Source: an uncultured delta proteobacterium
Lineage (GTDB): Bacteria > Desulfobacterota > Desulfobacteria > Desulfobacterales > JAFDCJ01
Length of the DNA: 64,000 nt
Reading direction: 5' to 3'
Assembly: GCA_963769935.1 (NCBI GenBank)
Contig: CAVYNY010000013.1
Coordinates: forward strand, 160,001 to 224,000
A program made the position numbers and the translations under genes. The notes under the pieces are model-generated. The model was given only the letters and a program-made list of their open reading frames with translations. It was not told where the DNA came from and made no database searches. Positions 51,673 to 62,821 of the stretch are shown here, one piece after another; position 1 is the first letter of the stretch, and each line of letters starts with the position of its first letter.

Positions 51673-53517
51673 GTGAACGTTCAACTGGATGATTTTGCAC
51701 CGTTCGTGTCTTGGCTCCGGCGTTACCGTTGGGATTACTTTCGGGCCGACCTGAACGCCGGACTAACAGTGGCGGTGGTGGCCGTGCCGCAATCCATGGC
51801 TTATGCACTCATCGCCGGCCTTCCGGTTCAGTACGGCCTTTACGCAGCTATCGTCCCCACAATCGTCGGTTGCCTCTGGGGGAGTTCCGCGCAGCTGATC
51901 ACCGCCCCAACCACGGCCGGCTCTCTGGTGGTGTTCAGCTCGTTGATAGATTTCTTTCAGCCGGGCAGTCCCCAGTTCATTCAACATGCATTTTTCCTGT
52001 CCCTGATGGTGGGCGCGATTCAAATCATAATGGGAATCGCACGGCTGGGCAGGTTGTTGGACTTTGTCTCCCATGCGGTTCTGTTGGGCTTTACTGCCGG
52101 CGCGGCTGTTCTGATTGCCTTTAATCAGCTTCCCAACCTGCTTGGATTGAAGGTTGCGAAAAGCGGTGTGTTTCTGGACACGCTGATTCAGACCGCCGTG
52201 CATCTGCACGAGACGCACCTGGTGACCTTGCTGCTGGGCCTGTTGACTGCGGCGATCATCCTGGCGATCAAGAAAGTCCGGCCGGCATGGCCCGGAACGC
52301 TGATGGCCATGGTGTTGGTGGGGCTTGTGGTGGGCATATTTGATTTGGCTGACCGCGGCGTCAGCGTGGTGGGAGCAATACCCCGCAGTCTGCCGCCTTT
52401 CAGCTTTCCGGATGTCTCCGTAGGTAATGAAGCTGGTCTGCTTGCCCAGGATGCACTGGCGATCGCAATATTGGGGCTGGTTGAGTCCGTTTCGATTGCC
52501 AAAGCCATTGCCGGCCAGACCCATCAGCGCCTGAACATCAATCGGGAATTCATCGGCCGGGGGCTGGCCAACCTGGCCGGCGGGATTTTCAGCGGCTATC
52601 CTGCCGGCGGATCCTTTATCCGGTCGGCCGTGAATTTTCGCTCGGGCGGGAAAACGCCCATGAGTGGCGTGATCTCGGGCGTGGCGGTGGCCTTGACCGT
52701 CATTGCGGCGGCACCTTTGGCCGGCCATCTGCCGCGGTCAGCTCTGGCCGGCGTCCTGCTGGTGATCGCTTACGAAATGATCCGCAAAGATGACATCAAG
52801 CGCACCATTCGGGCGACCCGCAGTGATGGAATGGTGCTGATCGTTACTTTTTTGTCCGCTCTGCTGTTGAGCATCGAGTTTTCGGTCTATGTCGGCGTCC
52901 TGCTGTCCATTGGGTTGCATCTGGCCAAAACCTCTCATCCCAGAATCTACTCCACCGTACCGGATTTAAGCACCGGTAAAATGGAGGGATCGGTCTACGG
53001 AGAAATTTGCTGCCAGATGGATATCGTTTGCATCGAAGGGTCCATTTTCTTCGGTTCGGCAGCTTACGTTCTGGAGGATCTCCAGCGACGGTTGCGCAAC
53101 CATCCCGATATGGCCAATCTGCTGCTGCGTATGCGCCAGGTCAACACTATGGATGCCAGCGGGGTGCACGCCTTGGAGATCCTGCTCGAGGAGGTGCGGG
53201 AACGGGGCGGCAGCCTGTTTTTTTCGGCTTTGAATCCGCGCGTGTTCGACGTGCTCAAGAACTCCGGCTTCCTGAAAGAAGTGGGGGAACCTCATGTGCG
53301 GACGTCGACCCGGGGGGCCATCCGTCAAGCCATGCGGGAGAATTTCTGCCCCGTCATCTGCGCCGCCTGTGAGTTTGTGGTTTTTACGGAATGCCTCGAG
53401 CTCAAGCAGGGGAACTGGGGAATTTTCGGGAAGGATGTTCAACCCAGATTGTGCGTCTTGCCCAATGTGGAAAAAGAAGCAAGGCCCGGCCGGCGAACTC
53501 TTGAGCCTCGACCCTGA
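51673..53517 (+). CDS. SulP/SLC26 anion transporter with STAS domain and a Cys-rich tail
   Basis: DLNAGLTVAVVAVPQSMAYA..GLY, GSFIRSAVN, STAS MDASG, CPVICAAC..FTEC. Confidence 0.93.
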   Translation: MNVQLDDFAPFVSWLRRYRWDYFRADLNAGLTVAVVAVPQSMAYALIAGLPVQYGLYAAIVPTIVGCLWGSSAQLITAPTTAGSLVVFSSLIDFFQPGSPQFIQHAFFLSLMVGAIQIIMGIARLGRLLDFVSHAVLLGFTAGAAVLIAFNQLPNLLGLKVAKSGVFLDTLIQTAVHLHETHLVTLLLGLLTAAIILAIKKVRPAWPGTLMAMVLVGLVVGIFDLADRGVSVVGAIPRSLPPFSFPDVSVGNEAGLLAQDALAIAILGLVESVSIAKAIAGQTHQRLNINREFIGRGLANLAGGIFSGYPAGGSFIRSAVNFRSGGKTPMSGVISGVAVALTVIAAAPLAGHLPRSALAGVLLVIAYEMIRKDDIKRTIRATRSDGMVLIVTFLSALLLSIEFSVYVGVLLSIGLHLAKTSHPRIYSTVPDLSTGKMEGSVYGEICCQMDIVCIEGSIFFGSAAYVLEDLQRRLRNHPDMANLLLRMRQVNTMDASGVHALEILLEEVRERGGSLFFSALNPRVFDVLKNSGFLKEVGEPHVRTSTRGAIRQAMRENFCPVICAACEFVVFTECLELKQGNWGIFGKDVQPRLCVLPNVEKEARPGRRTLEPRP

Positions 53518-53739
53518 ACAGCGAGTATTGTCCTTGGTCCGTTGGTATTGAGTTTGACAGCATGTGCGAACTTGAGGATACGGTCGGCCCAATCGATATG
53601 GATCATTTGATTTCGGCCAACTCATAAGCAACTTTCACGGACGGCTGACATAGTCGAACGCCGCAAGTCAACGCTAAAATCAATACTGCGGAAGTACGTA
53701 GATATTTGAAAATCCCATCAATCAATCGGCTGTTGGCGG

Positions 53740-54720
53740 ATGGGGATCTGTGAATTTCTTGAGAGGACCCTGCGCGTGTTGAAGATCATGGTATATACCG
53801 ACGGCAAGCCGGTCGCTGCGTCGGCGCTGCGCTTTTCCGCCGGCTTGGCAGCGCGTCTGTCGGCTGAGATGGCGGTAGGCACGGTTCGCCCGGGCACCTA
53901 TGCCGCGGAAGAGCCGCCTCCCCTGGGGGTCGAATTCCCTTTCAGCAGGCAGCAAGACCTGCCGGTTGGCATCCAGATTCTGGTTCAGGCGGCGGAGTTG
54001 CTCACGGAAGAAGGCTTTCTCAGGCCCCAGGCAAACCTGACCATCCGCGATGTCCCCAATGGACACATTTTCGTCGGCACCACGCTTTCCGGCCAGCGGG
54101 TGCCATTCTATGAGCTTTTCGGCCCTTTTATCGACGTGTTGAACCACGAAGTGGCCGAGCGCCATTACAATCTGCTGGTCATTGCTGCACCCCGGCGCAG
54201 TACTTTTGATCGTTTTGCGATGGGGAATCCAACTCGAAAACTGGCGCTGGATCTGCACAGTTCCATGCTGGTAGTGCGCGGCGGGCGACTCGACGGCCGC
54301 TTGCTGGTCTGCACCGACGGTTCGCCCTCGGCACGACGCCAGTTTCCCATGTTGCGAGACCTGCTGCCGGCTTTGACGCAACCGGTCGAGTTGGTGTGCG
54401 TGCAAAAATCCTCGGCTCCCGAAGACGAGGTTCGCCAGGCCGACGAGTGCCTGCAACATGCGCAATCCTGGTTGGCGAACTGCGGCAAAAACGCCGTCGT
54501 GCACAAATTGAAGGGCGATCGGCCTCTGGAGCTGATTTTGGAATCTGCCGGCAATGATTCCGTGATCATGATGGGCGCAAGTCTGCGCCACGACCTGTAT
54601 CGTCACACCCGGGGCAGTCTTTGCATGCAGGTGCTGGCACAAACGGAATCCAGCGTGTTGCTGGTCAATCTTCCGCCGGAGGCTGATACGGACTACTTTA
54701 AAGATCCGTTTACCTGCTGA
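53740..54720 (+). CDS. Tandem universal stress protein
   Basis: IMVYTDG and LLVCTDGS repeats, IMMGAS..RGS..SVLLV. Confidence 0.8.
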   Translation: MGICEFLERTLRVLKIMVYTDGKPVAASALRFSAGLAARLSAEMAVGTVRPGTYAAEEPPPLGVEFPFSRQQDLPVGIQILVQAAELLTEEGFLRPQANLTIRDVPNGHIFVGTTLSGQRVPFYELFGPFIDVLNHEVAERHYNLLVIAAPRRSTFDRFAMGNPTRKLALDLHSSMLVVRGGRLDGRLLVCTDGSPSARRQFPMLRDLLPALTQPVELVCVQKSSAPEDEVRQADECLQHAQSWLANCGKNAVVHKLKGDRPLELILESAGNDSVIMMGASLRHDLYRHTRGSLCMQVLAQTESSVLLVNLPPEADTDYFKDPFTC

Positions 54721-54867
54721 CTCTCAGTGGGGTTTCAGATTTAGATTCCTCGGAGCATCACCAGGGCCAATGAGACCAGCGCCGGAATCAGAGCAGTGAT
54801 CTCGTGAAAGCCAACCGACTCGTTAAGTATCCGGCTGCTGCTCGGCACCCCAATCAACGGAATCGAG

Positions 54868-55012
54868 TATCGTACGCGCTATTTTACGGTTTCGGGCATT
54901 ATCGGTTCAAAGGAGTTTGTTTCGGCAAATTACCAGCGGTTTAGGAATCTGTTCTATTCAAAACACGAAAAGAAGCCAAAACCGATCAGGGGATTGGATG
55001 GGATGTATTCAT
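54868..55012 (+). mobile_element. 3' fragment of an IS200/RAYT-like transposase; direct repeat of 47596-47737
   Basis: 142-bp copy, roughly 90% identical by eye; encodes YRTRYFT..GSKEFV..KKPKPI. Confidence 0.7.
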
Positions 55013-55735
55013 CATAATATGCAGGTTCCAATCGTTGAGCGAAAATATCTCTTTGCAAATTGCCCTCGCCATTATTTTAATTGATTACCGATTTGCGATC
55101 TTTGGTTGAAGAGCTGTTTTCCTGTCCGGCAGCACCAGTTTTGTTAGCAGCGGGAAGCTCTGAGTTACTCAAAAATTATCTTAAAATCGACGTCTTTCAT
55201 TCGATAATGCCGGCACACTCTTATTTTCAGCCAAATCGATGGAATCATTTAGTGTCAAAATTTGATTACGGCCGGATATCTGGAACTATGCCCGGTTATC
55301 TTGAATTTGCCAAATGATGGTTTAAGAAAAAATGAGACACCTTCTGTATTTCAAGATCTGCTGCATTCAGGCTTATTCTTTTATTTCCGAGTGTCTCAGG
55401 TTCGGACAAGGTCCGATAATTATTTTTTATGTTAACTTTTGCGTGATTTTTACCACCCGCTTGCAGGCGATGAGCGGCAATGGTGGGCGTTTTTTACGGC
55501 ACGCTTCAAGATTAAACACATTCCCTTTCCGTAGTATTCCTGATACTATTCTCATAGGTTTGGACAAACCTGTGATCCAAAATAAATATCACAAAAGGAA
55601 GAACGACTGGAATCAGAGTGCGCGGTCAGATCTGTCACACTATTACTATTAGATTGGTCCAAACTGACACAGGGGCTTTGGATGTCATAGCGCCGGTTTC
55701 AAGTATGTCCTCAAGCCGCACTAATAAGATGTTGA

Positions 55736-58510
55736 TTATTCAAATTTTATTCGATCAGATAATCCCAAATCATCGAGAATCTGCCTGAGTTCAGTCTCAA
55801 AACTCTTGGCAATACCGGTTTCCATGCTCACAGAAAAATCAATCCCGATTTTAAGATCGGTTCCGCTGCGTAATTTTGGCAACACCTTCGTACCGAACCG
55901 ATTCCACACCTCGGGCGGCACATTGCCGATAATCCGGAATGTTTTTAGGCTGGGACCAGCTCCAGGCTCCGTTTCTGGTTCCGGGCCTAAAGGCTGTTCC
56001 GGTTCAGGTTCGGGTTCTGGAATAGGTTCAGGACCACCGCCAGGAATGGGTTCGGTTTCTATCTTTAAGGACTTTGCTTTTGACTTTAAGAGCAAGAAAA
56101 CACCGGATTCGAAGCTGATCTCATCGGAAGCCAAGGGTTCATTAAACCAGATCCGCTCATATCCACCGTCAGGTTTCTTCCCCGATGCCAGGCCGAAATC
56201 TCTCTTTAAAACAAACTCGACGATCTTGGACCCGAAGAACCGCGTCAGGGTCAACGAGGCGCGTGAGCGACCCATTGAGGAAGCTCTGCCGCAGGCTCGC
56301 CAGCGGCCAGGCCCCAGACTCTTTCAACGCAGGTGGCCAGTTACGCTCAATGTAGCCGGCACCGACGGACTCGTTGAACAGCGCCTCTGACTTCAGCGCT
56401 GCGAGAACGCGTCCACAAAGGGTCTCCCGCCACTGGAATGCCCGGCGCCGAGGTCAATGACCTTGAGGCCATCGGGCTCCTGGCCGTCAGCGACGACCGC
56501 AAAGCGGAAGCCTCCCCACACTTCGTCCTTCGCGGCCCCCTCTTCGGCGTCCTGGTCACTTTGGCCTGCAGGTCCGCGCGGTCGGCAGGTCGAAATCTCC
56601 GCCGAGGGTGCCGTCAGTAACCTCACTTGTGCCACGCGCTTCCACGCGAGCCACACTCGACTTTTTCGCGGAGATCCCGTCCGGGCTTCTTCAAGCACCA
56701 GACCAGCGCTCCCGGATAGAGTCTGCGGCGATTTTCCCCGCTGTTCTTCGTCCAATCGGCAATCTGTTCCCGCAGGGCTCCGCCCGCCGTCCATTCCAGA
56801 ATCCGGGTCGAATACGACCAGTGTCAATCTCGGCGTGTCCTGCATCGGCAGCCCCGTCTGCCGGGAAACGGGGCCACTGGGAATGGTCGCGCCGCTTACG
56901 GAACTCGTCCTCGACGATGCCTGCGATCGCCGGCTTGATCTCGGTCTCGTCGTCGAGCGACGCCCGGCGATCGCTGACCACCTTCTTCATTGTCGGTTGG
57001 TAGCCGATGCGGAAGCCGTCGGTGCCGGCCTGCTGATGAAATAGGACTTATCCTCGAGCGCATACGCGGCGTTATCGATCGAGGTCGTGTCCAGCTCCGG
57101 CTCTCCCAGCGCGAACCGCAGCTCGGGCAGGTGCGCGACCTTGTCCGTCTGCCCGCCGGAGGATTCGAACAGGATCGTGGTGCCGACGCGCCGATGGATG
57201 TCCTCGCAGCGGCCCCTGGGTGTCGGCGTCGAGCGCCCGTGCGTGCGCCTGCTCGCCCGAAATATCCGTATCAATGGCCGCGACGAGGCGCGATTCACCG
57301 AGCTGGCCGAGCACGACGCTTCGGAAATCCGGGCTCGTCGAGCGGGGCCGATCCCAGCGTGATCAATGGCTCGCGTACGCGCCTCGCGTAAACCCTCCTG
57401 CGTACGGCCAGCGAGACCCACTGCGCGAGCATCGCCAGCGTGCCGCGCGTCTGCTGGTACTGCTGCAGGGCCTGCCATTTCCGTTGGAACACCGAGAGCG
57501 TCGCCGGATGAAAGGGGTAGCAGGCCTCGAAGCGGCGCTGGAGAAATTCGCGCGCCTTGGCCTCCGTGCCGCCGAGTCCACCGCCGTCCATTCCGGCGGG
57601 AGCTGCGCGCGCCGCTCGAAGCACCAGTCGCCGAATGCCTTGGCGACGTTCCGTCGAATCTGCTCGCTCCCGAGGTCCTGGAATAGGCGCCGCCGGACGA
57701 CCTCGCTGATCTCGGTCTCGTCGTTGGCGATAAGGTCTTTCGCGACGCGTCGCACGACCTTGGCGATCCTGTCCTGCCACTCCTGGTCCCACTCGGTCAT
57801 CTCGACCTGGCTGCGCGGCAGGCTGATCACGCACGCGCCATGGGTGGTGCCGGTCGTCGCGACGGTCAGGTTCTGGATAAAGGCGTGAAACGAGTCTGCG
57901 CTGCCCGGTGCCGATTGAGGTAGTTCAGCACCTCGTCGAAGAGCAGCAGCACCGGCCCGCCAGCGGCCTGGAACACGCGAGCGATCGATTCGGTGCCTGG
58001 CGGCGTCGTCTTGCCGCGGACCGAGCGCCTCGACACCCTTGTCGCCCGCGAGCTGTCGCGCAACATCGATCCACGGCGTCTCGCGCCCCGCCTGCGGGTC
58101 CCACGCATTGCCCACGAACACGGCCACCTTGGCCTCGGGCACGGACGGGATCCCGGCCTCCCGCACCAGGTCCGCCACCCCGGTGTACCCGGCCGCCGAT
58201 TCGCCGTTCTTAGCCAGGTGGTAGAGCGTAGTCAGCGTGTGCGTCTTGCCGCCGCCGAACTGGGTGATGAGAGTCAGCACCGGCGCCGTATTATCGGTCT
58301 CGCCGGCGAGTCGCCGAAGCACCATGCCCGCATGCTCGCTCAGCGCCCGGGTGAAACAGGTGCGCGCGAAGAACTCCCGGGCTCGCGATAGTCCTCGGGC
58401 GCCGTGCCGGCCACGACCTGCTCCAGCGCGATGGCGAACTCGTCGGGGTTGAAGGAGCGCCCTTCGCGGACCTCCTTCCGCGGCGTGGCAACCTTGTACC
58501 AGGGTTCCAT
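55736..58510 (-). pseudogene. DUF499 AAA+ ATPase, multiply frameshifted
   Basis: MEPWYKVATPR, TQFGGGKTHTL, LLLFDEVLNY, VVRRRLF, YPFHP and QTRG spread across frames. Confidence 0.88.
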
Positions 58511-58521
58511 TCGGTGATCTC

Positions 58522-59488
58522 CTAAGGTCTCTGCATGCGGGCGAACAGCGTCCGCCGCCGGCTCCTTCAGCCGCGCGAGGTTGGCATACGCCAGCGGCGC
58601 GAATCCGCGGTCGCCGTCGTAGAGCCGGTAGCGAATGCCGTCGGTGACGATGACATCGCAGGCTACGCCGAGCGCCTTCACGTAGCCCTGTGCCTGCTCC
58701 AGGGCACCTTCGACCCCGGCTCCCAGGCGCTTCGCCTCGATCACGAAGCGGCAATCTCCGGGGTGCGCGGCAGCGAGCCAAACACCGACACGTCGATGTA
58801 CCGCCACTTTACCGCGAGACGCTCGGGTGGCCAGCCGAGCGCGCGCAGGAACGGCACCACGAAGTGGACGATCAGCTCGTCCTCGGTCGGCAGCTCGCCG
58901 AAACTCTGGCTGTTCCTGATATCAGCGGGACCAGATCGGCCGCCTGCGCCACGAGTCCTGCGAGGCACGCTGGCAACTCTTCGAGCACCGGCTCTTCCGG
59001 CCGGCAACTCCGGCAGCGGGGGCGGCCTGCCAGTGGGTCGGCGGCGAGTTCAGAAAGCGCTCTGCGAAATCTACCACCTCTTCGTTCCATACCCGCGAGC
59101 ATCGCGGTAGGGTTGGCTCCGAAGACGGCGCTACCGAAGTCATATTCCCGCCGGCAATTTCCCCCACCTGACACGTCGGGCATGCTGCAGGTCCCAGCCG
59201 TTCACATCGTCGAACGCGTTTAAATACAGATAGTCACCTGCGACGATACCAACGGCCGATATGCTGGCTATTCCGGTACGAAGAAGAAGCGCGTCCCCGG
59301 CTTGCATCTCGCTCGCAAAGCGCCGGACAAAGCTGCCCTCGAATTCATCGTCGGATCGTTCCGCTTTCCACGGTCCTGCGTCTCCCGGGCCGATCAGCGC
59401 GACACCGTGCTTCAAAAACACATCAGCGTAGGACCGTGAAGCCGGGCACCCGCGAGAGCTGCCAGATAGAGCGGTTGGGCATAGCCAT
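58522..59488 (-). pseudogene. Hypothetical protein with a C-terminal HsdR_N-like PD-(D/E)XK domain, frameshifted
   Basis: EDEL..FVVPFLRALGW, IDV, VIEAKR, A..QA.GY, VTDGIRY. Confidence 0.65.
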
Positions 59489-59504
59489 TGAATTTGCCTT
59501 GTTT

Positions 59505-61262
59505 TCACCTCGGCACCGCTAGCAGCATCGCGTCGAGCAGGCGCTTCTCCTCGCTGCCCTTCGGGTAGAGCGCCGACGAGCGCATTGGCCAGGCGCAGGA
59601 AGTCCGGACCGCGGTCCTGCTCGGCCTTGATGAGCGCACGCAGCGCATTCGGTTCGGCCGCCGGCCTGGAGCAGCATGGCCGCGTGAACGCGGTCAAGCG
59701 TTGTCGCCTCCCGGGCGCGCGGTCAGGCTATCTATGGCAGAAGGCATCAATGCGCGAGTCTTGCCGCGGCCGCGACCGCGGACCTTAGGCGGCCTTGCTT
59801 TTTCAAGCTCGGGGAACAGCGTCCCTTGCAGCGGTCGTTTTGCAGCGCCGTCGTTTGTTCGAGTCCGATCGGCAGCGGCTTTCGCGCCCTCTTCACCGAA
59901 GAGTTGCTTCGCGCGCTCGGCGACCGGCAATAGACGCACGACACCCTTTTTCGGTTTCGATCACGCGGCTTTCCCATTTGGGCAGCTCAATCCCGAGCGG
60001 CTGGGCAAAGCGGCGAGCGACATCGAAGACAAGGCGTGAAGCCCTTGGCCTTGCCCCTTGGAGCGTCTCCTCCTCGTCTTCGTCGATCCCTTCTATCTCC
60101 CCATTCTCCTCTGCTGCACTTTTACCTTTTGCCTTTTTACTCTTGCCTTCGCCATTCCCGTCGGTGCTCTGGAGTGTCCAGAGAAAGAGAGCAGTGAGCC
60201 GCGCATCCTCTTCCACGGCGCCAGCCGCCCCGTTGCGTGCCTGGGCCTCGGCGGTACCGAGCACTTGCTCAAGCGCCATGCGACCGACAACCTCCCAGAC
60301 TTTGGCCAGATACTCGTCGAGCTTGACCTCGCGCCCCTCGGCGGTCTCGACCTTGTCGGTAGCGGCTGAAAATCTCGAGCGCCGGGCCGATGCAGGCAAA
60401 GACAAGGTCTGCGCCACGAACGCCCTCTCCCTGAAGCCGCTCCATCCAGTCGCCGACACGCTTCGGGCAGCTCGCGCAGCACATCGGCCCAGTCGCCGAC
60501 GGGGGCGCATCGTCAGGGCGTGGGCGGCAGATAAGGTGGACGCTGGTGGCGAGGGACGCCGATTCTCGCGCGCACGAACGCGCGTAGCCTAATTCTGTCG
60601 GCGATAGGCCAAGAGCCGGTAATGGTCCAGCCACCACGGATCATACCGGTCAACGAAGCGCTTCCCAGCCCTCGGTGGTCTTGTGAGCGAAGACGACGGA
60701 GCCTACACCATCATTCTTGAATACGCGACGACCTTCGGATACCTCTGCCATACCACTTTCAAAGTAAGAACGCGTATATTGGTATTGAGTCTGGGGCATT
60801 TTTTGTTGTTACGGTTAGTTCGTGAGTTTTAGGGCAAAGGCCTAACTTTTTGTCAAATTCCGGAAATCGCAATAATGGATATAGGAAATCGTACGCTTAA
60901 GCCATATATAGAAGAAATCTGAGAGATCTGCATACGCTACAGCGTCATAATACGGAGGATCTGTGAACCATACGCTTGCACAGTCACTTATGTAAGGAGC
61001 AATGCCGGGCATTCTCTCGGTTAACCTGACCTGGTAAATTTAGATTTTCTGGAGTCTCTCTGCAACCCTGGATCATCGTATTCAGGGTGGTTGAACAAAG
61101 TCGCCAGCCTGTTCCGCTAACAAGCTGGGCTCTGCAAAGTCCCACATGACAGGAAGATCGTGACGGGTGAATAAGTTTCGGACCTGCGTTTCTGGTGCTC
61201 TCCCACCTACAGCATGCATTACATATGTCCGTGAACCGGCTTAGGGCGAGGCCAGCAAATTC
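59505..61262 (-). pseudogene. DUF1156-type adenine DNA methyltransferase, 5'-truncated and frameshifted
   Basis: [51 protein letters not shown]. Confidence 0.85.
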
Positions 61263-61950
61263 CCTACCCACACTGCGATCGATCTTGCCCGAGAAGAATT
61301 CTACTGCCTGGTCGATGACTTCGAGCAATCTTCCCATCATAAGGTTGCTGGGATGCGATGGGCTTACGTTTTTCCGTTCCATGGAAATGGAAGCAATGGA
61401 CTTGGGCGTTGTTGAAGAACCGGCGAGGATTCTTGCCGAAGAGAAGCATGGCTGCGTTGGTGGGTTGACCATCTCTCAATAGATCGAAGTTTTGCAGAAC
61501 AGCCTTCGGTGCGCGAGATCCTTTTGAGCTTCAGTCTTCCAGCAGCTTCGGCCATTTCAATAAAGGCTGAAACTTGAGAATTGTCGATATCGCGGAACGA
61601 TGCGCCGTCACACACGCTGTCATCAAACGGCATGGACCTGGAGCGCTCTATGATTCTCCAAGCACTCGACAAGACTGGCATAGACCTCGCGGATCAGACC
61701 GGGAATGTCAGAAAAACGGCGTCGGGTGACCTGTTGGCCTGCTCTGCTTACCAGTTTAGCCATATCAGATTCGCGCACTTTGTCGTCATTGCCTTTCACA
61801 AAGATCAGTCGTTCGCGATGGTTCTTTGGTAGCGTGTTCAAACTCCAATTCAGTCGGCGACTTGCCGTCCTCGCTCTTCCGTCCGTATTCGTTACCAAGA
61901 ATGGCCAAATAGATGTCACACTGTTGGACTTCGCTCAGATAGATAGCCAA
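61263..61950 (-). pseudogene. DUF4062 / ATP-binding regulator fragment
   Basis: CDIYLAILGNEYG..SPTELEF, PFDD, TNAAMLLFGKNP; both ends missing. Confidence 0.65.
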
Positions 61951-62201
61951 CCAGAAGGTGCAAGTATCATCCGTCTCAAAAACCTGTGATAAGTCTGACA
62001 TAACAAATTCTCCACAGGGCATTCCTTTGATAGGAGAGTGGGGGCGGAAAGGGGATAGATTCCCCCCTTACCTATTATCCTATATCTTGCTGTTCAAATT
62101 CTCAAAATATGCGTCGAAAGGATTTCCTTTGCCTGCCAAAAATGTCCCCTCTTATCCCAGATTGGACTTTTTCGTGTGCACACTATATGCACCCCACAAA
62201 T

Positions 62202-62233
62202 AAAAAAGGATTTAGCATTCTTGCTAAATCCTT
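62202..62233 (-). terminator. Intrinsic terminator after the tRNA-Phe remnant
   Basis: aaggatttagca/tgctaaatcctt stem with a U-tail on the minus strand. Confidence 0.7.
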
Positions 62234-62241
62234 GATTTTAT

Positions 62242-62294
62242 TGGTGCCGAGGGACAGAATCGAACTGCCGACACGGGGATTTTCAGTCCCCTGC
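62242..62294 (-). pseudogene. 3' part (53 nt) of tRNA-Phe(GAA), att-like remnant (copy 2)
   Basis: GCAGGGGA-CTGAAAA-TCCCCGTGTCGGCAG-TTCGATT-CTGTCCCTCGGCACCA; no 5' acceptor strand or complete D arm. Confidence 0.85.
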
Positions 62295-62821
62295 CCCCGC
62301 GTCTAATTCCTTATACCTTAAACCTAATCTGCATTACGCTCTGCTCTATGCCCGTCGTCTGTGCCGCGCAACTCGTACCCCGCTACCCGCACCCCGTATC
62401 CGAAAAAAATGACGATTGAATATTGACTAATTATGGAAGTCGCACCCGCAGCGCAGGCGCTTGCGCCGCCTGTTGCTCAGTCTTTTGATCATTTTTTAAA
62501 CAGATAGAATTCCTCCATTCGACATTCGTCATTCGACATTCGTCAATCCGTTCGTTCCCGCAAACCCGCCCTACTCTTCTTTCACCACTGTCTGCAGCTT
62601 CAAGCCGTATTTTTCGATTTTGGAATGCAAGGTGGGCTTTGAGGAGGTGTGCAGCGAGCTATGGCCTTTTTTGATTGTGGATGAGCCTCCGGTGCGAATG
62701 CCTGATGTCTCAGCGATAAGTGATCCGGCCGATTCTCAATTTGACGTCCGAATTCAACTGGATTAGTTGGGTGGAATTTAATTTGTGCCATTCACAGACC
62801 GGTTCCATCCAGAATCCAAAA

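Noticed and set aside
62242..62320. Intact tRNA-Phe gene
   Set aside because: No 5' GCCGAGG acceptor strand or complete D arm; only the 3' 53 nt match
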